64,000 nucleotides of DNA from Myxococcota bacterium. Its GTDB lineage: Bacteria > Myxococcota_A > Polyangia > Nannocystales > Nannocystaceae. The stretch covers positions 212,889 through 276,888 of the forward strand of contig JBCCHT010000009.1 in assembly GCA_039028615.1 (NCBI GenBank). Reading direction: 5' to 3'. The position numbers were made by a program, and so were the translations under genes. Within the stretch, counting starts at the first letter, position 1. Each line of letters starts with the position of its first letter. Positions 28,516-37,933 of the stretch are shown here, piece by piece. The notes beneath the pieces were generated by a model. The model saw only the letters and a list, made by a program, of their open reading frames with translations, was not told where the DNA came from and made no database searches.

Positions 28516-30951
28516 TTAGATCGGAAGCGCGCCTGAACTCAGGCGGGCCTCGATGATGTCGGCGGCGCGCAGGGCCATGGCCATGATCGTCATCTGGGGG
28601 TTCACCCCGAGCGAGGTGGGGACGGTGGAGCCGTCGACGATGTGGAGGTTGTCGGTGCCGAAGACCCGATGGTCGAAGTCGACGACGCCGCGGTCGGGGG
28701 AGTCGGCCATCGCACACGTACCCAGAGGGTGGGCGCCGAGGAGACGGAAGTCGATGGGTCGCGGGGCGGCGTGCACGAGGGCTTCGGCCTCGGCCATGGT
28801 GCGCACGAGAGGGAGCCGCGCGATGCCGGGGTAGACCTCGGTGGCTCCCGCGGCGACAAAGATCTGCGCGACGCGGGAGACGGCGCGGAGCAGCTTGTGC
28901 TGGCTGGCCTTGGACAAGCGATAGCCGACGAGGGGGCGACCGTCGTGGCCACGTCGCACCCAGCCGTCGCCGCGGTCGCGCACCATGAGGCCGAACTGAC
29001 CGAGGCGATCGAAGTCGTCCATCCAGCGGGTGAGCTCGTGACCCACCCACGGCAACAGGGCGGCGAGGATTTGCGGGGGCAGGTAGAACCCTTCGAGCTG
29101 GATGCCCTCGTCTTCGAGGCCGTGCACGGAGTAGCCCTGAGGGATGGCCGCCCAGGGGGACAGCGATTCGGGGCAGCGGGCGACCAGGCCCATGGCGGGG
29201 TGTACGGAGAGGTTGCGGCCGACCCGAGCCGAGCCCAGGCCGTTCTCGAACAGCACGACGGGCGTCTGGAGCGAGCCGCAGGAGAGCACGAAGCGCTCGG
29301 CGAACACCCGGACGACCTTGCGGGCACCGTTTTCGTCGGTGCCGCGGGCCTCGAGGGCGACGACGCGGCGACCTCGCTTGAGGATGCGGGTCATGGGCAA
29401 GCCGACGTACAGCTCGGCGCCGGCTTTGAGGGCGGCGGGGATGTACGAGACGTCGGTCGAGCGCTTGGCGCCCTCGGGGCAGCCCAAGATGCACTCGCCT
29501 GCACCCGGGCAGCCGGGCGCGTTGCGAGGCAGGGGGCCGTGGCTGAAACCCAGCGCATCGGAGCCACGTGCGATGACCCCCGCGATCTTGCCCAGGGCCT
29601 TGGTGTCGCCGGGCTGGACGTCGAGTGTGCGGGCGACCCGAGCCGAGTAGCGATGGTAGGCCTCGGGATTGAAGTCGGAGGGAAAGCCGAGCTCGGCCTG
29701 CCACTCGCGGAGCACGGCGTCGGGCGTGGTGAAGCAGGTGCCGGAGTTGATGGTGGTGGTGCCGCCGACGACCTTGCCTTGGGGCAGGGCCAAGGGGGGC
29801 CCGAGCGCGAAGTTGGTGCCCGCGCCTCGCCACAAGGACTGAACTCGCTGGGCCGGGCTCCCGCTGAACTCGTGGCGACGGCGATAGCGGCCCTCTTCGA
29901 GGATGGCGACGGCGATGCCCTTTTCGGCGAGGGCAGCCGCGACTGCGGCCCCGCCGGCCCCCGTTCCCACCACGGCGACTTCGGCGTGGACCTCGGTGAC
30001 TTCGTCGAGCTGCTCGGGGCGCTTGACCCGGGCGAAGTGCCGCGCCTGGGGCTCGGCGGCGACCTTCAGCGGGGTGGGGTGACCGATGGAGCCCAGGTAG
30101 CCGGGCCGCTGGAAGTGGGCGGCGCGAATGGGGATGGTGAGCACCGCGAGCAGTAGGTCGACCGGGATCGATCCGCGATAACGACGAAGCCGGGCGACGG
30201 CCTCGGCCTTGGCCAGCGAGTCGAGGAAGGCGGCGCGGGCGGGGAGATCGAGGGCCGTGAGGGCGTGGCCGGTCCGCACGCGCGCGGTGGCGTCGAGCCA
30301 GCGCAGCCCCGCCCGGAACCCGAGCCGGGCCGAGGCGGGGGCGGTTTGCAGGTGGGCGAGGGCATCCTCGAGCGTGTGCTCGTCGGGCTTCGGCACGCGG
30401 GACCCCGGGGCGATGGTGCCCTCGACCAGCGCGGCAAAAATAGCGCGTTCCTTGTCGTCGAGCAGCTCGGGGACGGGCTGCACGGCGGGGGCGGTGACGT
30501 GCCGAGGGGCGCGGATGCTGGACGAGGGCCACCACGAGCCGAAGAAGCTCAGCACGGTGTTGAGGTCGAAGTGCAGGTGCCCTTGCGCGATGGTCTGCTG
30601 GTCGCGGTGCAGGGTGGCGCGCATACGGGTGAGCGAGTCGACGGGGCGACGCAGGCGAAAGTCCTTGCGCCCACGCAGCTCGAAGGCCTCGTCGTCCTCG
30701 TTGCGGAAGGCGAAGCGATACTCGATGGCCCGGCGGCGGAGCAGCGAGATTTCGATCTCACCTTGGAGCGGGGCGTGGGTCACCCAGGCGGGTGCATGCA
30801 CGACCCCGGTGATGCGGGCCCGGCCGGCCCGAGCGAAGCGCCGCGCCGACGGGGCCTCGGCCTTGATCTCGAAGTCGGCGGCATGACGCCGACCCCAGCG
30901 GTCGACCAAGTCGCCGCGCATGACCTCGAAGAATGAAACGCCCTTGGCCAT
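28516..30951 (-). CDS. GMC-family FAD oxidoreductase with N-terminal extension
   Basis: VVGTGAGG, VGGTTTINSG, C-x-GCPEGAKRS, HPLGTCAM, DGSTVPTSLGVNPQMTIMAMA. Confidence 0.92.
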   Translation of the reverse strand: MAKGVSFFEVMRGDLVDRWGRRHAADFEIKAEAPSARRFARAGRARITGVVHAPAWVTHAPLQGEIEISLLRRRAIEYRFAFRNEDDEAFELRGRKDFRLRRPVDSLTRMRATLHRDQQTIAQGHLHFDLNTVLSFFGSWWPSSSIRAPRHVTAPAVQPVPELLDDKERAIFAALVEGTIAPGSRVPKPDEHTLEDALAHLQTAPASARLGFRAGLRWLDATARVRTGHALTALDLPARAAFLDSLAKAEAVARLRRYRGSIPVDLLLAVLTIPIRAAHFQRPGYLGSIGHPTPLKVAAEPQARHFARVKRPEQLDEVTEVHAEVAVVGTGAGGAAVAAALAEKGIAVAILEEGRYRRRHEFSGSPAQRVQSLWRGAGTNFALGPPLALPQGKVVGGTTTINSGTCFTTPDAVLREWQAELGFPSDFNPEAYHRYSARVARTLDVQPGDTKALGKIAGVIARGSDALGFSHGPLPRNAPGCPGAGECILGCPEGAKRSTDVSYIPAALKAGAELYVGLPMTRILKRGRRVVALEARGTDENGARKVVRVFAERFVLSCGSLQTPVVLFENGLGSARVGRNLSVHPAMGLVARCPESLSPWAAIPQGYSVHGLEDEGIQLEGFYLPPQILAALLPWVGHELTRWMDDFDRLGQFGLMVRDRGDGWVRRGHDGRPLVGYRLSKASQHKLLRAVSRVAQIFVAAGATEVYPGIARLPLVRTMAEAEALVHAAPRPIDFRLLGAHPLGTCAMADSPDRGVVDFDHRVFGTDNLHIVDGSTVPTSLGVNPQMTIMAMALRAADIIEARLSSGALPI

Positions 30952-30969
30952 CGTGTGCTCGACCGTCGG

Positions 30970-32493
30970 CTAGAGCCGGGGGCTCCGCAGGAACATGCGC
31001 AGGGCTTGCTGGCCCATCTTGGTGGCGGCGCGGGCCTTGGCTCGGAGGCCGCGCGCGCCGACCAGCTCGGTGTAGTGGGACATGACTTCGCGTTGGGTCT
31101 CGTCGTAGGGGAACCACCAGGGGCGCTTGAAGTCGAGTCCCGGGACGCGCGGGCGATCGACGACCTTGGTGAAGGTGTGCTCGTGCAGCCCTCCGAGGCC
31201 GTGGCTGCGGCCGAAGCCCGAGCTACCCACGCCTCCCCAGGGCAGCTGAGGCACCGCGTGCAAGGTAGCGGCGACGTCGTTGATGGCGACCAAACCGGCG
31301 CGCAGGCGCTGGGCCAGGGCGGCGCCCCGGGCTTCGTCGCGGGAGAACACCGAGGCGGTCAGGCCTCCCCACAGCTCGTCGTGCATGGCGACGGCCTCGT
31401 CCTCGCGACGGAAGGTACGCACGGCCACCATCGGGCCGAAGCTCTCTTCGCGGTAGACGGCCGAGTCCTCGATGCCGGGGCCTTCGACGACGGTGGGGCG
31501 CAGGGTCTGTTCGGACAGGTACTCGCCGCCGCAGCGCAGCTCGAGCCCGCGGGCGTGGGCATCGGCGAGGTGGCGATCGTAGACCTCGGACTGGCGAGAC
31601 GCGGTGATGCGCCCCAGGTCGGTGGCGGGCTCGAGGGCCCGGGCCTTGTCGAGGACGCGCTGCACGAAGGGCTCGCGGATCGACTCGTGGACCAGCACGC
31701 GCTCGACGGACGCGCAGACCTGCCCGCCGTTGAAGAAACCACCCCACGCCGCGGCCGACGAGGCGAGCTCGAGGTCGGCGTCGGGGAGCACGATGAGCGC
31801 ATCGACGCCGCCCAGCTCCATGGAGACGGGAATGGGGAACTGAGCCGCCGCCTTCATGACGGCGCGCCCGGTGGGCAGCGACCCGGTGAAGAACACCTTG
31901 TCGGGGCGGGCGGCGACCAGCTCGGCGCCGACTTGGCCATCGCCCTGGACCACCGACAACAGACCCGGGGGAAGGTCGCAGTTGGACATGATGTCCTCGA
32001 TGACGGCGCCGATGCGGGGGGTGACCTCGCTGGGCTTGAGGATGACGGCGTTGCCCGCCAAAAGCCCGGCCGCGACCTGGCCCAGAGGGATGGACAGCGG
32101 GAAGTTCCACGGCGAGATGACCAGCTCCACGCCCCAGGGCTCGCGATGCAGCTGGGCCCGGCGGTGGGGCATGAGCGGCATGGAGACCGAACGCGGGGCG
32201 AGGGAGCGCCAGGCGTCTTCGCACAGCCAGCGCACGTTGGCGATGGATGCGGCCAGCTCGTGGCCGAGGGCTTCGACCTCGCGCTTGCCGTTTTCCTCGG
32301 TGATGAGGGCGAGCAGCGAGTCTCGGTGCTGGACCATCCAGTCGGCGGCTCGCGACAGTCGCCGGGCGCGGGTGCGGGGCTCGAGCGCGGCCCAGCTTCG
32401 TTGGGCTTGGCGAGCCGCGTTCATGCGCAGGGTGACCAGGTCCTCGCTGGCCATCAGCCACTGCGGGCCGCGGGAAGGAGGTGTGCCGTCCAT
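30970..32493 (-). CDS. Aldehyde dehydrogenase family protein
   Basis: ISPWNFP, LKPSEVTP, FTGS, MELGG, GQVCAS, EESFGP. Confidence 0.95.
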   Translation of the reverse strand: MDGTPPSRGPQWLMASEDLVTLRMNAARQAQRSWAALEPRTRARRLSRAADWMVQHRDSLLALITEENGKREVEALGHELAASIANVRWLCEDAWRSLAPRSVSMPLMPHRRAQLHREPWGVELVISPWNFPLSIPLGQVAAGLLAGNAVILKPSEVTPRIGAVIEDIMSNCDLPPGLLSVVQGDGQVGAELVAARPDKVFFTGSLPTGRAVMKAAAQFPIPVSMELGGVDALIVLPDADLELASSAAAWGGFFNGGQVCASVERVLVHESIREPFVQRVLDKARALEPATDLGRITASRQSEVYDRHLADAHARGLELRCGGEYLSEQTLRPTVVEGPGIEDSAVYREESFGPMVAVRTFRREDEAVAMHDELWGGLTASVFSRDEARGAALAQRLRAGLVAINDVAATLHAVPQLPWGGVGSSGFGRSHGLGGLHEHTFTKVVDRPRVPGLDFKRPWWFPYDETQREVMSHYTELVGARGLRAKARAATKMGQQALRMFLRSPRL

Positions 32494-33582
32494 TTAGCTG
32501 GCCTTTCGGAAGAGGTCGGGGTGCTCGATGGCGAAGCGCACGAGCGTGGGCCAGTACTCCTGCACCCGCGGGCACTGCAGCGCGTCGCCGAGCAGCCGCG
32601 CCGTGTTCGAAACGTCGAACTCGACGTGGTGATCGAGGTAGTCGAGCGACTGCACGGGAATGGGCAGGGCGCGCTGGAACGCCGCGCTGCGCAGCACGGA
32701 GCTGGCCAGAGCGAGCGGAACCCGGCCTCGAGCGGGCGGGCGACCCATGGCCTCGAGGGTCAGCTGCATGAGAGCCCGGGCGGTGAGCGGTGAAGGGTCG
32801 GCGAGGGCGAAGGTCTGCCCCGCCGCATCGGCGTGGGCACCGAGGCGCACCATGGCCTCGACCACGAAATCGACGGGCACCACGTTGAAGGGAGCCGCGG
32901 CCGCGCCGAGGTTCACCGCGGGGAACCACCGGGGCAGCGCATGCAGCAGCTGGACCATGAAGTAGGGACCGTCGGCCTTGGCGGTGACGCCACTACGCGA
33001 GTCGCCGACGACGATGGCGGGGCGCACGATGGTGGTGGGCACCCGATCGAGGCGCTCGCGGACCTCGAGCTCGGCCCAGTACTTGGTCGACTCGTAGTGG
33101 TTTTTGAAATCTTGCCCGCAGTCGAGCTCGTCCTCGTAGACCAAGCCGTGGCGTAGCCCGGCGACGTAGCAGGTGCTCACGTAGATCAGGCGCTCGAGGG
33201 CATCGAGCGACTCGCACAGGTCGAGCACGCGGCGAGTGCCACCGACGTTGACCGAGTGCGCAAACGCCTGGGTGACCGCGAGGTCGTAGACGGCCGCCAG
33301 GTGCCACACCTGGGCGACATTGCGTTGGAGCACCCGCAGGCTCTGCGGATCGATGCCCAGCCCCGGCTTGCGCAGATCGCCGACCACCAGGCGCCAGCGG
33401 CCGGCCAACGCCGGTTCCGCTTGCTCGAGCTGCCGACAGCGACGCTCGGCCTCGAAGAGCAGACGCGGCTCGACCAACAGATAGAAGGTTGCCTCGGGGC
33501 TTTCGCTGGCCAGCCGCTCGACCAAGCGTTGCCCGATGAAGCCGGGGAACCCGGTGATGAAAATACCGCGTTCACTCGCCAT
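32494..33582 (-). CDS. Extended SDR / thioester-reductase-like oxidoreductase
   Basis: FITGFPGFIG, HLAAVYD, VSTCYVAG, YESTKYWAE, RPAIVVGDS. Confidence 0.9.
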   Translation of the reverse strand: MASERGIFITGFPGFIGQRLVERLASESPEATFYLLVEPRLLFEAERRCRQLEQAEPALAGRWRLVVGDLRKPGLGIDPQSLRVLQRNVAQVWHLAAVYDLAVTQAFAHSVNVGGTRRVLDLCESLDALERLIYVSTCYVAGLRHGLVYEDELDCGQDFKNHYESTKYWAELEVRERLDRVPTTIVRPAIVVGDSRSGVTAKADGPYFMVQLLHALPRWFPAVNLGAAAAPFNVVPVDFVVEAMVRLGAHADAAGQTFALADPSPLTARALMQLTLEAMGRPPARGRVPLALASSVLRSAAFQRALPIPVQSLDYLDHHVEFDVSNTARLLGDALQCPRVQEYWPTLVRFAIEHPDLFRKAS

Positions 33583-34288
33583 GGGACCGATGCGCCTTTT
33601 GTCCGCGCTCTCCGTAGGCGCGCATGGCCGCGGCCGCACCTGCGGAGTCGCCGGCCGCAATCGCGGCGACAGCCTGCTCGTGCGCAGACAGATCGAAGGG
33701 GACCTGCGTGTACAAGAACAGCAGGTGCGCGCCGTTGTTGCCGTAGATCTCGCGCAGGACGTTGGTGAACAGGGTCAGCACGCGGTTGCGCCCGACGGCG
33801 ACGAGGCGTTCGAAGAACTCGAAGTCGATGGTCTGGATCCGCTCGGCATCCGATGCGCGGCGCATGGACTCGAGCAACTCTTCGAGCGCAGCCACGTCTT
33901 CGGGGGTCGCGGTGGCGGCGGCTCGCTCGGCCGTCCAGGCCAGGAACATCACCCGAATGGAGAGGATGTCGTCGAGTAGGCCGGTATCGAGGCGGTCGCC
34001 CGGGGCGACGAGATAGGGCAGCACGTGCAGCCCCGCGCCCTGCAGGGCGTCGCGCACTCGGGTGGCGCCGCCCTGCCGGATGTGGACCAGGCCCCAGGTC
34101 TCGAGCCGGAGCATCGCCTCGCGGATCGACGAGCGATTGACCCCGAACTGGGTGGCCAACTCGCGCTCGGAGGGTAGGGGATCGCCCTCTTTGTAGTGGC
34201 CTCGGATGATGGCATCGCGGATCGCGCCGACGACCTGCTCCGCCACCTTCAGCTTTCGTACCCGCTCAAACACCACGTCAAGCCTCAA
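33572..34288 (-). CDS. GntR/FadR-family transcriptional regulator
   Basis: LPSERELATQFGVNRSSIREA HTH plus FCD-like C-terminus; exact start uncertain. Confidence 0.92.
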   Translation of the reverse strand: MRLDVVFERVRKLKVAEQVVGAIRDAIIRGHYKEGDPLPSERELATQFGVNRSSIREAMLRLETWGLVHIRQGGATRVRDALQGAGLHVLPYLVAPGDRLDTGLLDDILSIRVMFLAWTAERAAATATPEDVAALEELLESMRRASDAERIQTIDFEFFERLVAVGRNRVLTLFTNVLREIYGNNGAHLLFLYTQVPFDLSAHEQAVAAIAAGDSAGAAAAMRAYGERGQKAHRSHGE

Positions 34289-34302
34289 TTCTCAGCCTTG
34301 TC

Positions 34303-34326
34303 GGGTGGTCCGACCAGTTGAGGATA
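34303..34326 (-). promoter_or_regulatory. FadR-type operator (TGGTCnGACCA) directly downstream of a -10 box
   Basis: Minus strand reads TATCCT-c-AACTGGTCGGACCACCC, close to the FadR consensus AACTGGTCnGACCAGTT. Confidence 0.75.
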
Positions 34327-34437
34327 GAGTCCGCGGCAACGAGCGTCAAGGCGCCGTCGGATGCGCCACGAGCGGCCAACGGGTCGATCCGTGGGCCGCT
34401 CGTGGAGTGGGCGGGTTCGTCCGGGAGGGCCCCCGGA

Positions 34438-35073
34438 TCAGCTCGGGCGTTCGAGGTCGAACACGGCGTGGTCGTTGCCCAGCACCGACACGTCCATCTC
34501 GAAGTTCTGGTCGTCGACGTCGATCTCCACCACGAGGTACCCGGGCATGGGCAGGGTGACGAAGCGAACGCGCGAGCCCTCTTGCCAGACCGGATGCAGG
34601 GTGTGGGCCTGCACCAGTCCGCCGGGCAGCGTGCCCTCTTCGAAGAACACCCACTGCCCGTCTTCTTGGAGGAAGCGGAAGTCGAAGCTCGAGCCCTTCC
34701 CGTCGTCGACGAAGGCGTGGAGGCTGCCGTCGGCCTCCCACGCGAACTCGAGGAAGAACTGCGGAATCAGGCCGATGGGGGTGTCCTCGACGGGTCCGAG
34801 CCAGGCTCCGGCGACCTGGTCGAGCCACTCGGTGCTGAGCTCGATGGGTTCGTTGTCGTTGTTGCCACCGGTGGAGTCGGCGCCCGCGGTCGCGTCTGCG
34901 CTGGGGTCGGCGTCGCTGGTCGAGCCGGGCTCGACGTCGCCGCTCGACGCGGGGGGCTGCGCGGCCGTATCGCCGCTGGCGTCGACGGAGTTTTCGGGGG
35001 CGGGGTCGTCGGCGCAGCCCAGGGGCAGGAGCAGGCCGGAGATCACGGCGGCGCGCAAGAGCGTCGAATGCAT
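34438..35073 (-). CDS. Hypothetical lipoprotein
   Basis: Lipobox LPLGC, acidic S/T linker, beta-rich C-terminal domain. Confidence 0.75.
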   Translation of the reverse strand: MHSTLLRAAVISGLLLPLGCADDPAPENSVDASGDTAAQPPASSGDVEPGSTSDADPSADATAGADSTGGNNDNEPIELSTEWLDQVAGAWLGPVEDTPIGLIPQFFLEFAWEADGSLHAFVDDGKGSSFDFRFLQEDGQWVFFEEGTLPGGLVQAHTLHPVWQEGSRVRFVTLPMPGYLVVEIDVDDQNFEMDVSVLGNDHAVFDLERPS

Positions 35074-35247
35074 GCGAGCACCATGGAGGGCGGCTGCGCC
35101 GATGTCCGATCGCGTCCGACCGGCGGTCGTGGCGACCCGACGAACGGTCGGTCCCGCCGGACCAACGACACGCCGACGAAGAGTTGCTCCGCGCCCGCGC
35201 TTCGATCGCAGATCGAGCGGGCACGGCCGTGCTACCGTGCCTGCGGG

Positions 35248-36825
35248 GTGACAAGACCGTGCTGGCGACCGGTGTTGGGGGCGTTACCGCTGTGGGGGGT
35301 GCTCGTGGGCACAGCCATGGCGGCGCCGCGCGTCAGTCATCACGGTGACGCCCTGCTGCAGGTCGAGGCCACCCCCGCGCAGCTGCACGAGCTCGGGTTC
35401 GACGTCTGGACCCATCGCGCGACCGAGCCGAACGTCTTGGTGCGAGTGACCCCGCAGCAGCGCGCGCAGCTCGATGCCACGGGCTGGCCCTATGCCGTGG
35501 TCGAGCCGGATCTGGGCCCGGCGCTCGACCACGGTGCGGAGTGTCGACCGACCGCTTCGGGACCGCTGGGTCTCGATGGGCTCGATCCCGCGTACCACGA
35601 TTCTTTTCGGGATCTCGATGCCATCTACGACCGGCTGGAGACGCTGGCCGAGGAGGTGCCGGAGCGGGTGCGGCTGGTCGAGATCGGCCTGTCGCTCGAG
35701 GGGCGGCCGATTCGTGGCATTCGGGTGAGCAATCGAGACCTCGATCTCGAGGAAGGCTCCGACCAGGGCAGCGCGGTCGACCGCCCCGCGGTGTTGGTGC
35801 AGTCGTGCCAGCACGCGCGGGAGTGGATCGCGGCGGCAGCCACGATGTGGGCGATGGAGCAGTTCGTCATCGCGCCCGAGGGCAGCGAGCTCGACTCGTT
35901 GCTCGATCAGGCCGAGCTCATCGTGGTCCCGGTGGCGAACCCCGACGGCTTCGTGCACTCGTGCGAGGTCGAGCGTCTGTGGCGAAAGAACCGACGCGAT
36001 GGTCACGGGGTCGACCTCAACCGCAATTGGTCGACCGCGTGGGGCGGAGATGGATCGAGCGGCTTGCCCGACGCGGGCAACTACCGCGGGACGGGGCCGT
36101 TTTCCGAACCCGAGGCCGCGGCGATGCGTGACTTCATGGTCGCCGAGTCCGACTTGGTGGCGGCGCTCGACGTGCACACCTACGGGCAGCTGTTCTTGTA
36201 CCCGTGGGGGTTCGAGGTCACCGATGCGCCCGATGACGCGCTGTTCGTGCAGCTCGCCGACCAGGTCGTCGACGCGATGGGGCAGCCGCACGACACGACG
36301 TATGTGCCGCTGCAGGCCGCGGCGTTTTACCCGGCGGCGGGCAATGCCATGGACTGGGCCTACGGGGCGCGGGGGCTGTACTCGGTCGCGATGGAGCTAC
36401 GCCCGGCGATGGGCAAGGAGCCGGGGTTCTTGCTCGGTCCCGAGTTCATCGTGCCGACCGGGGAGGAGCTGCTCGAGGGGATCGAGGTGCTCGTGGAGTC
36501 CTCGGTGGCGCTCGGTCCGGGGGCGCCGGGCGACAGCGGAGGGCCGGTCGATCCCGAGCCCGAGTCCACGGGGGACGACGACGGGTTCGATGACGACGAT
36601 GGCGACGGAGCCGGCAGCACCGAGTCTTCGGGGGGCACGACCGGCGCGCCCGATGATGAGCCGCCGCAGGGCACGACGGGTCCGGCTCCGGCGGCTGGAG
36701 ACGAGTCGGGATGTGGCTGCCGCAGCACCGATGCTCCCGGCGGAGCATGGTGGCTTCTGTGGGGCGGGGTTTGGCTCGTGCGGCCCCGCCGACGCGCTAG
36801 TCGCCAAAGACCTCGTCGAGCGTAG
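35248..36825 (+). CDS. M14 zinc carboxypeptidase with MYXO-CTERM-like tail
   Basis: QHAREW, WRKNRR, VDLNRNW, DVHTYG, MELRP; GCGCRS plus hydrophobic stretch plus RRR; start approximate. Confidence 0.9.
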   Translation: MTRPCWRPVLGALPLWGVLVGTAMAAPRVSHHGDALLQVEATPAQLHELGFDVWTHRATEPNVLVRVTPQQRAQLDATGWPYAVVEPDLGPALDHGAECRPTASGPLGLDGLDPAYHDSFRDLDAIYDRLETLAEEVPERVRLVEIGLSLEGRPIRGIRVSNRDLDLEEGSDQGSAVDRPAVLVQSCQHAREWIAAAATMWAMEQFVIAPEGSELDSLLDQAELIVVPVANPDGFVHSCEVERLWRKNRRDGHGVDLNRNWSTAWGGDGSSGLPDAGNYRGTGPFSEPEAAAMRDFMVAESDLVAALDVHTYGQLFLYPWGFEVTDAPDDALFVQLADQVVDAMGQPHDTTYVPLQAAAFYPAAGNAMDWAYGARGLYSVAMELRPAMGKEPGFLLGPEFIVPTGEELLEGIEVLVESSVALGPGAPGDSGGPVDPEPESTGDDDGFDDDDGDGAGSTESSGGTTGAPDDEPPQGTTGPAPAAGDESGCGCRSTDAPGGAWWLLWGGVWLVRPRRRASRQRPRRA

Positions 36826-37030
36826 CCGCCGTGACGGCGCGGTCGAACCAGCGCTGTAGTAGCGCTTGGTCTTCGCAGTCCGCCAATCGTGCGCGGAGTT
36901 CCTCGGTGAGCGCGAGGCCACGGTTGTCCAACAGGCGCTCCACCATCTCGGCGATGCCCTTCGCCCGACCTTTGATCCGGCCCTTCGCCTCACCCTTGGC
37001 GAGGAGTTCGTCTAGCATGGTGGTGTACAT
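36797..37030 (-). CDS. Putative internally translated Rpn C-terminal small protein (77 aa)
   Basis: GGAAGGAG (37040-37047, minus) 9 nt before an in-frame ATG (MYTTMLDELL...). Confidence 0.55.
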   Translation of the reverse strand: MYTTMLDELLAKGEAKGRIKGRAKGIAEMVERLLDNRGLALTEELRARLADCEDQALLQRWFDRAVTAATLDEVFGD

Positions 37031-37825
37031 CTGACGTGTCTCCTTCCGGGCGGACTCGGCGAGTATACCCCGCAGCGGGGTCTCGGGCTCGAACGCCGAC
37101 AGGACGTAGGTGGCAATGGCGAGCAACTCCTCGTTACCCCAGGTGTCTCCGACGATGTCGAAATAGAGTTCGAGCTGCCCGGCGCGGTCTCCGGCGACGC
37201 GTTCGCCGTGGTGGACGAGCCATAGCAATGTGCGCGCCGCTTCGGCGAGAGCGAGGCCCCGGTCTCGGGCGAGTTGCTCTCGCGTGACGTGCTCGCCGAT
37301 CACGGACTGGCCCAGGTCGTCGACGCCGAACACCAGCTCGATGGGTGGGCGAAAGGCCCCACGGAGGTCCGTGGGCACATCCAACAAGTCGGACAACCGG
37401 CGCGGCATGGTCCAGCCGTTCGGGCCCTGGAACAGCAGTAGGGGCACGACCAGCGGAATCGTCTCGGCCCCCTTGTTTTCCGCGAGAAACCGCTCGTAGA
37501 TGCGATTGGCGTAACCCAGAAACCGCACCGCCATCATGCGGTCGGGGGTCGACTGATGCTCCATCAGTACGAACACGAAGGCTCGATGGGTCGTGCCTTC
37601 CAGATCGACGGAGTAGAGGATGTCGCTGTGCTTCGGCTTGAGTTCGCCATCGACGAACGTGCCGGGCTCGACGCGCAGCGTCGACCAATCCAAGCGGGTG
37701 GTCAGTGCGGGCGACAGCGCCTGGCGAAGCTCCGCCGCGGCCGCCTCGGGCCTGGTGAAGATACGCTTGACCAATCCGTCGTGAGGATGGCGTGCGACCT
37801 CCTCGTCGTACCCGGGCTTCGTCAT
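36797..37825 (-). CDS. Rpn/YhgA-family recombination-promoting nuclease (PD-(D/E)XK)
   Basis: HPHDGLVKRIF, SDILYSV, LMEHQSTPDRMMAVRF, C-terminal GEAKG repeats. Confidence 0.92.
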   Translation of the reverse strand: MTKPGYDEEVARHPHDGLVKRIFTRPEAAAAELRQALSPALTTRLDWSTLRVEPGTFVDGELKPKHSDILYSVDLEGTTHRAFVFVLMEHQSTPDRMMAVRFLGYANRIYERFLAENKGAETIPLVVPLLLFQGPNGWTMPRRLSDLLDVPTDLRGAFRPPIELVFGVDDLGQSVIGEHVTREQLARDRGLALAEAARTLLWLVHHGERVAGDRAGQLELYFDIVGDTWGNEELLAIATYVLSAFEPETPLRGILAESARKETRQMYTTMLDELLAKGEAKGRIKGRAKGIAEMVERLLDNRGLALTEELRARLADCEDQALLQRWFDRAVTAATLDEVFGD

Positions 37826-37933
37826 CGAGCTACGGGCAAACCGTAGCGCTGTGACGTTGGGCCGACCATTGGTCGAAAATTCCCATGGGGGCTAATGAAC
37901 CACGTGCCCCTCGAGGGGCACGGCCGGACGCGG

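Noticed and set aside
34318..35247. N-terminal extension of the carboxypeptidase ORF in the track
   Set aside because: Overlaps a minus-strand lipoprotein gene; a signal-peptide-like sequence begins near 35248
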